Assembly (NCBI GenBank): GCA_963815455.1
Contig: CAWFGO010000001.1
Coordinates: 640,001 to 704,000 of the forward strand
Length of the DNA stretch: 64,000 nt
Origin: an uncultured Verrucomicrobiae bacterium
GTDB lineage: Bacteria > Verrucomicrobiota > Verrucomicrobiia > Chthoniobacterales > UBA10450
Reading direction: 5' to 3'
In this document: positions 1-11,190 of the stretch, one piece after another
Numbering within the stretch: the first letter of the stretch is position 1
Layout: every line of letters starts with the position of its first letter
Program-made: the position numbers and the translations under genes
The notes under the pieces: model-generated
Databases searched by the model: none
Seen by the model: the letters and a program-made list of their open reading frames with translations, nothing else
What the model was told of the DNA's origin: nothing

Positions 1-132
1 CATCGCGCTGTCCTCGTGCTTGGGCTGGAGAATTCGGGTTTAGCAAACTTGGATACTGGGGCGCAGCTCGGTGCACGTATGCCTTTTCAGCTGCAAATTC
101 CTGGCGGGTTGAAAATCAAGATATCGCACATA

Positions 133-420
133 TTAAATGGTTTTCTGCTCATCAGACGTCATCTGCGAACTTTGTCGTTTGTAATCCCACACATATTCGA
201 AATCTGGAAACGCCTCGAAAAGCGATACAGGAAGTTTCGAGGCGTCTGCTCTTAAGGCACTAGCAACTTCGTGAAAATCTCGATGAACTGGAGGGGGCTC
301 TGCTAGTTTAACCGGCTCTGGTTTGCGAAAAAAGCAGTCCCAAATCAACAACCCGACCGCGACAACGAAAACGACAAGCCAGAAGGCCCCTCCCCTATCG
401 TTCGTGCTCATACGACTCAT
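133..420 (-). CDS. Hypothetical protein with N-terminal transmembrane helix
   Basis: 95-aa ORF with hydrophobic stretch FWLVVFVVAVGLLIW; no recognised family. Confidence 0.4.
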   Translation of the reverse strand: MSRMSTNDRGGAFWLVVFVVAVGLLIWDCFFRKPEPVKLAEPPPVHRDFHEVASALRADASKLPVSLFEAFPDFEYVWDYKRQSSQMTSDEQKTI

Positions 421-777
421 TCGCGCACATTATCGCTGTCCCGATTAATCGCATGGCCGTTTATGCAACATTCAAAAGAACCTTGCAATCCATTTTCGAT
501 AGGCGTGGATTCACCACGAAGGACACGAATTTGCTGCAAGGACTCAGATTTCTTACAGAAGTATAACAATGGAGCGAGCGGGACGAGCGACATAGAAGGT
601 GAAGCCGCGAGGGCAGACGGCGAGCGATTTGGGAAATGAGCGAGTTTCAAAAGTTAACAAAGACGGAGAGAACCGCGGATCACGCGGATAACACGGATTT
701 CTAACCCTTCGTTTCTTTTTCTCCGTGGTAAAACATCCGGCCTTGACCCTCGCCTCGATTCTTAATAAATCTTTCCC

Positions 778-1368
778 ATGAAAGCCCTCCTCGCCTGCCT
801 GATGTGTCTTGTTCTGACTGTGTCGCAAGCCTTCGCCATTAGCGGCGGACCATTCGGCGGTGGGAAAAGGCATGTGCTCGTCACCGGAACATATGCGGGC
901 GTGCTTATTCCGGCTGTCGATCCTGTAACCGGCACGGCCGATCCTAATTCGATGGCGCTCTTCACCGTTATGATTTTGAGTGGCGGAGAGGGCTCCGGCA
1001 CTATCGCGATCTTTCGAAACGGGTTTTTCTATCCCAACGGCGTAATGCAAGCCAACGCGAACCCTGCTTCTGGAGAACTCAACGCGATTATCAGTTCGAT
1101 GTTCCCCAAGACATATATTTCCGGCAGTATTACTAATACATTTAATTTTAACGCGAACGGCCATTTTGGAGCGAACCAGAGCGGAGTACAGCAACCGGTC
1201 AAGATCGTTGCCAAAGAGAATCCATTGAGTCTGGCCGATATTCGGATCCGAGGTCCGGCGTCAATCAGCTATACGACTGAGTTGAGCACGAACAATCCCG
1301 ATTACGCTGCGGGAAACAGCGGCGGAGCCATTCCCTACATCGTTAGGGGATTCAAGCAATCCTTTTGA
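778..1368 (+). CDS. Secreted hypothetical protein
   Basis: 196-aa ORF with signal peptide MKALLACLMCLVLTVSQAFA; beta-rich mature part. Confidence 0.7.
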   Translation: MKALLACLMCLVLTVSQAFAISGGPFGGGKRHVLVTGTYAGVLIPAVDPVTGTADPNSMALFTVMILSGGEGSGTIAIFRNGFFYPNGVMQANANPASGELNAIISSMFPKTYISGSITNTFNFNANGHFGANQSGVQQPVKIVAKENPLSLADIRIRGPASISYTTELSTNNPDYAAGNSGGAIPYIVRGFKQSF

Positions 1369-1940
1369 ACCAACCGAGCTTGGCCGCGATCGATGTGCGC
1401 GCTCTAGTTCGTCCCAATCAACGGCGTCCCTACCTGGGCTTTACGCTGCTCGAGATTCCTCGTTGTTTTCGTCATCATCGCGATTCTGGTCACCCTTTCG
1501 TTTCCGCTCGTCTCGGCGATGCGGGGCCGGGCTCAGCGGGTGCAATGCATGGCCAACCTGCGCAGTCTTTACACCGCCACCGAATTGTACATCCAGCAGA
1601 ATGGCAGTTGGCCGCAAATTGCCACCGATTCCGATGACGATACCGAATACGCCAATGCCTGGATCGCGGCGCTAAAGCCGTTCGGGCCAACCCAGCAGAC
1701 CTGGATTTGCCCCACCATCCAGGACCCTGATCGGCAACCCGGATCTTTCCAACCCGGCCAATGTCCGGCTCGATTATGTCGCCACCACGTTCGACGACAA
1801 ACCGGTCACGCCGCATCTCTGGCCGCGTCAGCCCTGGTTCGCCGAGATCGGCGACGTCCACGGCAACGGCAACCTCATCATCTTCACCGACGGTAGCATC
1901 AGCGATTTGAATACCGTAGCCAAAAAAGCGGGACACTAAA
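1365..1940 (+). CDS. Prepilin-type N-terminal cleavage/methylation protein with H-X9-DG motif (frameshifted)
   Basis: GFTLLEI followed after a frameshift by VVFVIIAILVTL..AMRGRAQRVQCMANLRSL; C-terminal HGNGNLIIFTDG matches H-X9-DG; stop TAA at 1938-1940. Confidence 0.8.
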
Positions 1941-2068
1941 ATCGACCACTGACCACTGACAACCAGACAACTGACCAAAGTCCCGTCGCCCGTGGTCTCG
2001 TGGTCGTGTTGTCTTTTTTCCTAATCTTCTGTTCAACTTCCGCCTCTCGTGCTAAAAAGGCGGCGTAA

Positions 2069-5000
2069 ATGAATCGTTCCAGCCCCGATCGTGCGGAGAT
2101 TCGTCTTTCTCTGGCCGTTTTTGTCGCTCTTTCCTTCCTGACTGCCGGCCTTTTTGCCCTGACCGCAACGAGCGGCACTCCGCCAAATAATGGTGCCGTC
2201 ATCGCGTCGTCTGCGGCGCCGGAGGTTCGGGCCAACGCCGAGCGGCCGGAGCCTCGTGTAAGCACAACAATTGTAATCAGCCAGGTTTACGGTGGCGGGG
2301 GCAATAGTGGTGCGCCGTACACGAACGATTTCATCGGGCTTTTTAATCGCGGACAAACGCCGGTCAGCCTGAATGGTTGGTCCGTCCAGTATGCCTCGGC
2401 AACAGGCACGGGAGCTTGGACCGCGACCAATCTCACGAATGTTACGCTTCAACCCGGCCAATACTATCTGATCCAAGAGGCAGGGGGCTATGGGATCACC
2501 CCTGCCAACACCGGATGCCATTGGCACCATAAACATGTCTGCTACCGCGGGTAAGGTGGCCCTTGTCAATACCACGACGGCCTTGAGCGGTGCGTGTCCG
2601 ACAGGGGCGACCATTGTCGATCTTGTGGGTTTCGGGCACAACGGCCAACTGCTTTGAGGGATCCGGTCCGACTTCCGCACCAAGCAACACGAACGCCGTG
2701 TTACGCGATGACGCCGGTTGCACAGATACCGATAAGAGACGCAACCGATTTTACACCCGGAACGCCGACTCCCCGGAACACCAGCACGACTTTACAGCCG
2801 TGTGCCCTGGTACCCCGACGCCGACTCCTTCGCCGCCCACTGTGACAACGAACACGGCAACCAACGTGAGTCATATCAACGCGACGCTGAACGGAACGGT
2901 GAATCCTAACGGTGCCAACGCGACGGTCTACTTCGAATACGGTCTCACCACGAGCTACGGATCTCAGACATCAAACCAGATTCTTGCCGGGAGCACCGAC
3001 CAGGCCGTTTTGGCAAACGTCGGATCGCTGACACCTTCGACAACGTATCATTATCGCATCGTGGCAATGAACTCCGAGAGGGACGACGATGGGGAACGAT
3101 GTCACATTTATGACCACTCCCCCACCGAATCCATTTGCCGCATGCGACCTCGTTATCTATCGCGTAGGCGATGGAGGTGCGGCTTTGACCGCTAATGCCG
3201 CTCCGGTCTTCCTTGATGAATATACCACAGCCGGTGGGCTGGTACAATCGATCGCGATGCCAATCGGCGTCAGTGGTTCAAATAAGAGATTAACCGCCAG
3301 TGGTAATTCGACGAGCGAGGGTCTCATTACCCGCTCGACAAGCGGTTCGTACTTAATGGCTACCGGTTATGACGCAAACCCGGGAGACCTCGTGACCGTT
3401 GCTTCGACTACGGTTAAGCGAGTCATTGCCCGCGCGGACGCAAGCGCTGCGGTCGATACCACCACTGCGTTAACGGATGCCGCTTCCAGTGGCAACTTCC
3501 GCGGCGCGACAAGTACAAACGGCACGGACATCTGGGTGGATGGGTCAACGGGCGGGATTCGCTACGCGACCCTAGGATCGACAACGTCGCTGCAATTAAG
3601 CACGGCGGTTACGAACCTCCGTGCCGTTAACATCTTCGATGGCCAACTCTACGTTTCGTCCATGTCAGGGACGAATCGTTTAGCAACAGTTGGTACCGGC
3701 ACACCTACAACCGATAGCCAGACCATTACTAATTTGCCCGGAATCGACGACACCGCCGTTACTGACCCTTATGCGTTTTTCTTCGCTGATCTGGACGTGG
3801 GTGTCCCTGGGAATGATACATTGTACATTGCTGACGGGACAGGCGGAGGCATCAGGAAATTTTCGCTGGTCTCGGACACTTGGATCGCTAACGGAACGAT
3901 TACTGCCGCTGGCTTACGCGGCGTAACCGGCATTGTCGACGGTACGGTTGTTACATTGTATGCAACGGCTAGTGGTTCGTTGTTCGCGTTTACTGATCCA
4001 ACAGGCTACAATGGCTCGGTTGCAGGGACCACGGCCACAGTGATTGCAACCGCCGGCACAAATATGGCGTTCCGGGGAGTAGCGTTTACGCCTGTTCAAT
4101 GCGGAGGACCGACCCCAACGCCGACGCCGACCCCGACGCCCACACCGCCGACCGCCACCACGAACGCAGCGACCAATGTGACCGGGACTGGCGCCACGCT
4201 GAATGGTACGGTCAATCCCAATGGTGCAAGCACAACGGTGCATTTCGAGGACGGAACCACCACCAGCTACGGCTCAACGACCGCGAATCAGATCTTCACC
4301 GGAAGCGCCGACCAGGCAGTATCGGCAAACATCGGCTCGCTGATCCCTTCAACGACATATCATTACCGCATCGTGGCGGTAAACGGTGGCGGGACCGTTA
4401 TGGGGAAGGATATCACATTCATGACCGCGGCCCCGACGCCGACGCCCACGCCGAGCGCGACCACTAACGCCGCGACAAATGTGACCGGCAATAGCGCGAC
4501 GCTCAACGGGACGGTTAATCCGAACGGATCGATTACGACGGTTTACTTCCAGTACGGAACGGACACGAACTACGGGAATCAGACTTCGAATCAAGTCTTA
4601 ACGGGGAGCACGCCGCAAAGTGTATCCGCCGGCATTAGCGGGCTGAATCTTGGCACCACGTATCATTATCGCATCGTGGCGATGAACGGTGGCGGGACAG
4701 TTATGGGGAACGATGTAACATTCATGACTTTGGCACAGACGCCGCCAACTGTTACGACAAACGCGGCAACCAGTATCACGAACGCCGGGGCGACGCTCAA
4801 CGGTTCGGTTAATCCCAACGGTGCGACCACAACGGTCCATTTCGAGGACGGAACTACCACCAGTTACGGTACTTCGACATCTAATCAGATGTTCTCCGGT
4901 AGGACGTCCCAAAATGTGATGGCCAGTATCAGCGGTTTGGTTCCGGGGACACTTTATCATTTCCGACTGGTCGGCACGAACAGTGGCGGGACCGTGAATG

Positions 5001-5953
5001 GCAGCGACATGACTTTCACCACCGTGCAGCCGGCGCCCACCATCACGAGCAGCGCGGCGACAAACATAACCTTCGCGGCGGCAACATTGAATGGGATGGT
5101 CAATCCCAACGGTGCGATGACCACAACCGTTCACTTCGATTACGGGCTAACAACCGGCTACGGCTCGGTGACTTCGAATCAGATGTTCACGGGAACCACG
5201 AATCAGAACGTCACGGCCAACATCAGCGGGCTAACGCCGAGTACGGTCTATCACTTCCGTCTGGTAGGCGTGAACAGTGGCGGGACGACCAACGGAAACG
5301 ACCTCACATTCATGACCGCGGCTCCAACGCCGACCCCGACGCCAACTCCAATCGCTACAATAACAAGCCCGACTGCCGGGCATCTGTCTTCGTCCAGCCC
5401 GACATTTACCTGGAGCCCACGACCAGGGACCACACCGACGGCTTACTTGCTCACGATTGGCGACGATAAATCAAACTCGAATGCGTGCGGTGTGGGCAAG
5501 GCTGGGGGATCAAACGTCTTCAGCTCAGGCCAGACCAGCGGCCTTTCCTGGAACGTCACGAATCTTCCCACGGACGGGCGCACGCTCTACGTGCGATTGT
5601 GGGCAAAGGTCAACGGAGCTTGGTTCAATTTTCCACAGGACACCGTTTACCAGGCCGTGGGCACCAACCCGATCGCGCCGACTATTGCGCCCAGGGCGGC
5701 ACGTTCAAGAAAAAGGTGAAGGTTACCATTCGCCGACGTAACGCCATGCGTGACCCTCCGGTATACTATGAGTGTAGGCACGGGCGCAACGCCTCCTCCG
5801 GATCCTGTCCCACCTACATCCACGACGGGAACCGCCTACAGCGTGCCGTTTACGCTAACCGGAAAAGGCTACAAGGTGATCAGTACAAAAGCCTTCCGGA
5901 GTTCGGACAATACCCAGAGCCCGGTTACAACGGTCACGCTCAAGATAAAGTAA
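2069..5953 (+). CDS. Large secreted multidomain protein: lamin-tail domain, five Fn3-like repeats, central beta-rich domain, C-terminal Fn3-associated/CHB_HEX_C-like domain (split by several frameshifts)
   Basis: VISQVYGGGGNSGAPYTNDFI is an LTD signature; five repeats of TTNAATNVT..ATLNGTVNPNG..TTVHFxYG.TTSYG...YHYRIVA; PTPTPT linkers; ORF pieces 2069-2554, 2590-3195, 3089-5719, 5750-5953. Confidence 0.75.
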
Positions 5954-5983
5954 ATCATCGGCCCGCGGAAGATTTTCTGCGTT

Positions 5984-6081
5984 GTAGCCACAGCCTGCCC
6001 GCCGTGTGGGGGGCGCTCTGTCGCCGTGCATCGGGAGGAACAGGACGCCAGGAACGCCTCGACTAGAGCGAGCCGGCTACA
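5984..6081. repeat. GTAG-type REP inverted pair (TGTAGCCAC...GGCTACA)
   Basis: Closely similar to copies at 10958-11033 and 11114-11190. Confidence 0.75.
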
Positions 6082-6386
6082 GAAAACCATTTTTACCACA
6101 GAAAGGAAGCGAAGAGAAGATCGAGACGGATCGGCCGCGGTGGACAGAACCCTACATTTGTGTTTTATCCACGAAGAGCACGAAGGACACGGAGAGAAGA
6201 AGAGGACCGCGGATTACGCGGATTTACGCGGATGGACAGAATCTTTACAGAAGGAAACCCGAGCGATGCTCCGGCTTGGTAAAATCCCTCACCAGAAATT
6301 CGTGTGTCTTCGTGTTCATTCGTGGTTGTCGTTAGATGGTGTGCAGGCTTGCCCAAACAGCTCGCGGGCCTTACACTTCCGTCCTG

Positions 6387-6605
6387 ATGCAAACAATTGA
6401 GGCAGTGATCGATGAGGCGGGCAAAGTTCGCTTGCTCGAAGATGTGCGTCTGCCCGCGGGGCGCCGCGCTGTCGTGACCATCCTTGAAGAGGACGCGAAT
6501 GGGCATCCGGCCGAACTGGCGCTTCTCAGTGAAAGCGCGCTTTCCGAAGATTGGAATCGTCCGGAGGAGGATGCAGCGTGGGCTCATTTGCAGCAGGATC
6601 GGTAG
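6387..6605 (+). CDS. Putative antitoxin of a PemK/MazF-type pair
   Basis: 72 aa, acidic C-terminus LSESALSEDWNRPEEDAAW; overlaps the toxin gene. Confidence 0.7.
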   Translation: MQTIEAVIDEAGKVRLLEDVRLPAGRRAVVTILEEDANGHPAELALLSESALSEDWNRPEEDAAWAHLQQDR

Positions 6606-6917
6606 TCCTGGTTTCGCTTTCCTTTCTCCGATTTGTCGCAGGCCAAACTGCGACCTGCCATCGTGGTGAGCGAGTCCGGTCGCGGTGATTGGCTGCTCTG
6701 CCAGATTACAAGTAATCCGTACGCCGACTCGCGGACTGTCGAGATCGTCGACGCGGATTTCCAGACGGGATCGATTAGGCGCACCAGTTATGCCCGAGTC
6801 GCAAAACTGTTTACCGCGCATGAAAGTTTGATCTTTTCGGAAGTCGGAGTTCTTCGCGAGGAATCGTTGAAGCGGGTTATTGATGCCATTGTTCAGTTCC
6901 TTCATTCGAAGAACTGA
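6578..6917 (+). CDS. PemK/MazF family toxin (one frameshift near 6612)
   Basis: GTG at 6578 after GGAGG; reconstructed MGSFAAGSVVLVRFPFSDLSQAKLRPAIVV...LCQITS carries the FPFSD..KxRPA motif. Confidence 0.8.
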
Positions 6918-7219
6918 ACTCGGACTGCCCACCGAAGATTCAACTGCGGATAACGCGGATGGGCAGAATGAACGGAAGGCAACGAAGGGAAGGAAGGAAG
7001 AGCGGACAGAATTAACAAAATTGTACAGAATCAAAGACCCGGGATTCCGTTCATTCGGTGCATTCCGTCGAACAATTGTCTGCTGTGGTCCTTTGTTCCC
7101 TTCGTTATCTTCTGTAAGAATCTGCCGCCCATTGTCTTTTCAGTGCATCTGCGCGGACATGCGGAAGCATGTCCCTCCGACATTTGACTTCTGACTTCTG
7201 ACCTCTGACTTCTGGACAT

Positions 7220-7924
7220 ATGCCTGCGATCGGGATTACCGGCGGAATTTCTACGGGGAAGAGCACGCTTTGCGCTTGCCTGCGTGAGCTGCTCCCAGAC
7301 GCGAAATTTTTCGATGCCGACCAGGCCGCGCGTGCGCTTGTCGATCTTGCCGAGGTCAAACAAGAGCTGGCCGCCGAATTTGGGACTGAGATTTTTCTAC
7401 CGAGCGGTCCGGACGACGCTCAGAGAGCGCCGCTACAGCAGGACTTGAACCGGAGCGCTCTTCGGACGATAGTCTTCCAGGACGCGGCGAAAAAACGCGC
7501 GCTCGAACAAATTCTTCATCCGCGGATTCGCCGTCAATGGAGTGTGCTCGCGGAAACGCATCGTAATTCTCCCGATTTTTTCCTGGCTGATATTCCCCTT
7601 CTTTATGAGACCGGCGGTGAAACTCTGTGCGATCGAGTGGTGGTGGTGGCGTGTTCGAGGAAGATCCAGTTGGCCAGATTGCGGGAGCGATTATCGTCGG
7701 GTAGGGTGCGCTCGCCGAGCGCGCCGGACGGCCCGGCGGTCCGTCCCTACCAGAACGGGACGCAGCGGCGGGCTGTTTCTACCGTGGACGCCGAGCAAAT
7801 AATTGAGTCACAAATGCCTCTCGGAGAAAAAATCAGACGGGCCGATCACGTTGTTTGGAACAACGGGGAGCGATCGGTGCTGGTGGAGCAGGCCAGGAGT
7901 CTGGTGGGGCTTTGGGGGAAGTAA
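7220..7924 (+). CDS. coaE: Dephospho-CoA kinase with two repeat-derived in-frame insertions
   Basis: IGITGGISTGKST P-loop, DAD, LEQILHP, DIPLLYE, SQMPL..K...ADHVV motifs. Confidence 0.92.
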   Translation: MPAIGITGGISTGKSTLCACLRELLPDAKFFDADQAARALVDLAEVKQELAAEFGTEIFLPSGPDDAQRAPLQQDLNRSALRTIVFQDAAKKRALEQILHPRIRRQWSVLAETHRNSPDFFLADIPLLYETGGETLCDRVVVVACSRKIQLARLRERLSSGRVRSPSAPDGPAVRPYQNGTQRRAVSTVDAEQIIESQMPLGEKIRRADHVVWNNGERSVLVEQARSLVGLWGK

Positions 7925-8058
7925 TTACGAATCGGGAAGGCAGAGAATTTTTGACCACGGATTGCACGGATGATGGGGGCAGAAAGCATGTCGACGATTT
8001 TGGACACGAATTACACGGATTTAAACGGATCACTTTTCACTGACGAAAATTTTTACGA

Positions 8059-9657
8059 ATGGATGAGAGCATATTAGGGATGGAAGAAGAAAACCCGCCT
8101 TCGGATGGCTCCGGCGCGGCAGGCGCTCAACGTCCAACGTCCAACGCCCAACCCGCCTCCGCCTCGGACGGGCTCCGCCGTGGCGAGCGCCCAATGGGGG
8201 AATCGGATTCGCAGGCATTGGACGTTGAACGTTCAGCGTTGAGCGTTGAGCGTTGTCAGGATAATCCGGATAAAGCCGGGGAGCCGGGGTCAACGACCCC
8301 GGCTACAACTCAGGATGTCGATCATGCGGCCGCGGCCGGCATGGCCGCCACTACACCGGGGTCGACGACCCCGGCTACAACTGCAGCTGCGCCGCCGCCG
8401 CGCGCGCTCGATCTTAACCAGCTGCAAAAGTCGTCGAGCGACGAGCTCAAAGCACTGGCTCGCGAACTCGATCTGCATCTGCATGCGACGCGCTCTGCGC
8501 ATCAGCAGATTCTCGATCTTGCGCGACACGCGTTGAGCCGCGGCGGGACAGTCACGGCGGAGGGTTGGTTCGATAAGACGAGCGAATCTCTCGGAATGTT
8601 GCGCTGGCCGGCCTTGAACTTTTTGCCAGTGCCCGAGGATGTATGCGTTCCCCGCGCGATTGTTCAGCAGTTTCATCTGCGCCCGGGTCATCTGCTGGCC
8701 GGCACGGTGCGGCTCCCGCGCGACCGCGAGAAAGGTCTCGTGCTCGATCAGGTTACCGCGATCGAAGGCGAGCCGGCGGAGAAATGGATCGAGCCGCCCG
8801 ATTTCGATAAGCTGACCCCGCAATTTCCGCAGGGCCGGATCATGCTGGAAAATCCGCAGACGAACTCGATCAGCGCACGCGCGGTCGATCTTCTGGCGCC
8901 GCTGGGGCGCGGGCAGCGTGGCTTGATCGTGGCGCCGCCGCGCGTGGGCAAAACGATCCTGCTCAAGGAAATCGCCAAAGCGATTCGGGCAAATTATCCG
9001 GAGATCGTGCTGATCATGTTGCTGGTGGACGAGCGCCCGGAGGAAGTGACCGATCTGGAGCGGGAGATCAACTGCCAGATTTATCATTCCAACTTCGACG
9101 AAACGGTGCATCGCCACGTGGAAGTGGCGGAGATGGTGCTGGAACGGGCGAAGCGCCTGGTGGAATTAAAAAAGGACGTGGTGATCCTGCTCGACAGCAT
9201 CACTCGATTGTCCCGCGGGTATAATAATCTGCAGCCCTCCAAGGGGCGGACCATGTCGGGCGGCGTGGAAGCCAAAGCGTTGACCAAACCGAAAAAGTTT
9301 TTCGGTTCGGCGCGCAATGTGGAAGAAGGCGGCAGTCTCACCGTGCTGGCCACGGCCCTGACCGAGACCGGCAGCCGGATGGACCAGTTGATTTTCGAAG
9401 AGTTCAAAGGCACGGGCAACATGGAACTGCATCTGGACCGGGGGTTGCAGGAGAAGCGATTGTATCCGGCGATTCATCCATTGATGTCGGCCACGCGGCG
9501 CGAGGAATTATTGTATCATCCCGACGAATGGGAGCGGGTGCTCCTGCTGCGCAAGACCATGGCGGACCTTCCCCCGCTCGAAGCGATGGAAAAATTGATC
9601 GAAAACCTGACAGTGACCAAGACGAATGCGGAATTGCTGCTGAGCGGATTGAAATGA
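8059..9657 (+). CDS. rho: Transcription termination factor Rho with repeat-derived N-terminal extension
   Basis: PLGRGQRGLIVAPPRVGKT, LVDERPEEVTD, LLDSITRL, EEFKGTGNMELHL; start uncertain (8059, 8080 or 8341). Confidence 0.95.
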   Translation: MDESILGMEEENPPSDGSGAAGAQRPTSNAQPASASDGLRRGERPMGESDSQALDVERSALSVERCQDNPDKAGEPGSTTPATTQDVDHAAAAGMAATTPGSTTPATTAAAPPPRALDLNQLQKSSSDELKALARELDLHLHATRSAHQQILDLARHALSRGGTVTAEGWFDKTSESLGMLRWPALNFLPVPEDVCVPRAIVQQFHLRPGHLLAGTVRLPRDREKGLVLDQVTAIEGEPAEKWIEPPDFDKLTPQFPQGRIMLENPQTNSISARAVDLLAPLGRGQRGLIVAPPRVGKTILLKEIAKAIRANYPEIVLIMLLVDERPEEVTDLEREINCQIYHSNFDETVHRHVEVAEMVLERAKRLVELKKDVVILLDSITRLSRGYNNLQPSKGRTMSGGVEAKALTKPKKFFGSARNVEEGGSLTVLATALTETGSRMDQLIFEEFKGTGNMELHLDRGLQEKRLYPAIHPLMSATRREELLYHPDEWERVLLLRKTMADLPPLEAMEKLIENLTVTKTNAELLLSGLK

Positions 9658-9770
9658 TGTACGGAAATGACGAAGCTCGAATGACGAATGACGAAGGAAG
9701 GCACGAATTCTCAAATGACGAAGGAGCACGCGGGGCGTTCCCATCGTCATTCGGATTCCGTTAAAGGCAG

Positions 9771-9833
9771 TGTAGTGGCGGGCGTGTCGCCCGCACCGGC
9801 TATTACTGCGCGCCCGACACGGGCGCCTCTACA
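9771..9833. repeat. GTAG-type REP inverted pair upstream of rnd
   Basis: TGTAGTGGCGGGCGTGTCGCCCGC ... GCCCGACACGGGCGCCTCTACA. Confidence 0.7.
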
Positions 9834-9837
9834 CCAG

Positions 9838-10888
9838 GTGATCGCAAGTGGGTTAGAACTTCGCGAATTGCTGAGGCGAATCGAGCCGGCCGATCGCATC
9901 GCGGTCGATACCGAAGCGGACAGTCTCCATTGTTATCGGGAGAAACTTTGCTTGTTGCAGATCAGCGTTGCGGGCGGCGATTTTATTGTCGATCCGCTGG
10001 CCGATGTCGATCTTGCGCCGTTGCGGGACGGCGTTGGAACCGAAGGAAATCGTCTTGCAAGGCGCGGACTTCGATCTGCGGATGCTGCGCCGTGGTTTGA
10101 ATTTCAATGCCAGCAAAGTTTTCGACACCGTGATCGCGGCGCGGCTGCTTGGTATCCGCGAGTTCAGCCTGGCGGCGCTGGTGAAAAAATATTTCGATGT
10201 CGATCTTCCGAAAGGCTCGCAAAAGGCGAACTGGGCGCAACGGCCCCTGCCGGCGCGCATGGCGGAGTACGCGATGAACGACACGCGTTACCTCCTGCCA
10301 CTCGCTGAAAAATTGGAAGCGGAGCTGGATAGACATCGGCGTCTGGAATGGTTCCGGCAATCGTGCGAGCGCGCGATTGAGCAGGCAGCAGTAAAACGCG
10401 AACGGGATGAGGACGAAGCGTGGCGAGTTCGCGGCTCAGGCGCATTACGGGGCCGGGCGACACCGGTCTTGCGCGCGCTTTGGCAATGGCGGGAAAAAGA
10501 AGCGGAGGCGGCCGATCGTCCGGCGTTTCACATTTTGCAAAATCATGAGTTGTTGCACTCGGCGGAAAGTTTTGCCGCCGGCAAGGTGCCCGATTACCGG
10601 CATTTTTCCGAGCGACGCCGGCTCGCTTTTCGCCACGCGGCCGAGCGCGCGTTGGAATTGCCGGAGGACCGCTGGCCCGTCTCACGACGCCGTTTTGGAA
10701 CACGGCCCTCGGCGGAAACAGTGCGCCGGACCGAGCAACTGCGACAAAAGCGCGACCACGCGGCAAGGGAGTTGAAGGTGGAGCCGGCGTTTGTGGCGCC
10801 CCGGGCCGCGCTGGAAGCGATCGCAACGGACATTAAGAGCGCGGAAAAACTGCTGGTGCCGTGGCAGCGAGAGCTGCTCGGCCTGTAG
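9838..10888 (+). CDS. rnd: Ribonuclease D (3'-5' exonuclease plus HRDC), frameshift near 10030
   Basis: IAVDTEADSLHCY..LCLLQIS, FDT.IAARLLG, W..RPLP...YA..D, LWQWRE..A...DRP. Confidence 0.88.
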
Positions 10889-10957
10889 AATCCCCTGGCC
10901 GGAGTTTTCCACGAGCAAGGTCTAACAGAAGGAAACGAAGGGAAGGCAACGTTCTGT

Positions 10958-11190
10958 TGTAGCCACGGCGCTGCGCTGCCGTGCATCCGCGTAACAAGAC
11001 GCTGGGAACGCCTCGACGCAGCGAGGCGGCTACAGAAAAGCGTCTTTTACAGAAGGCAACGAAGGAATCGACCGCGGATTACGCGGATAGCGCGGATGCT
11101 TTGTTTTCTGTGTTGTAGTCACGGCGCTGCGTCGCCGTGCATCTGCTAACAAGACACTGGGAACGCCTCGACAGAGCGAGGCGGCTGCAG
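10958..11190. repeat. Two tandem GTAG REP doublets interspersed with 9-bp-period repeats
   Basis: TGTAG(C/T)CACGGCGCTGCG..GCCGTGCATC...GGGAACGCCTCGAC..AGCGAGGCGGCT(A/G)CAG occurs twice. Confidence 0.8.

Noticed and set aside
9688..9837. N-terminal extension of RNase D from the ORF-track start at 9688
   Set aside because: The region is heptamer plus REP DNA and a GTG at 9838 gives a normal-length protein, so it is probably untranslated
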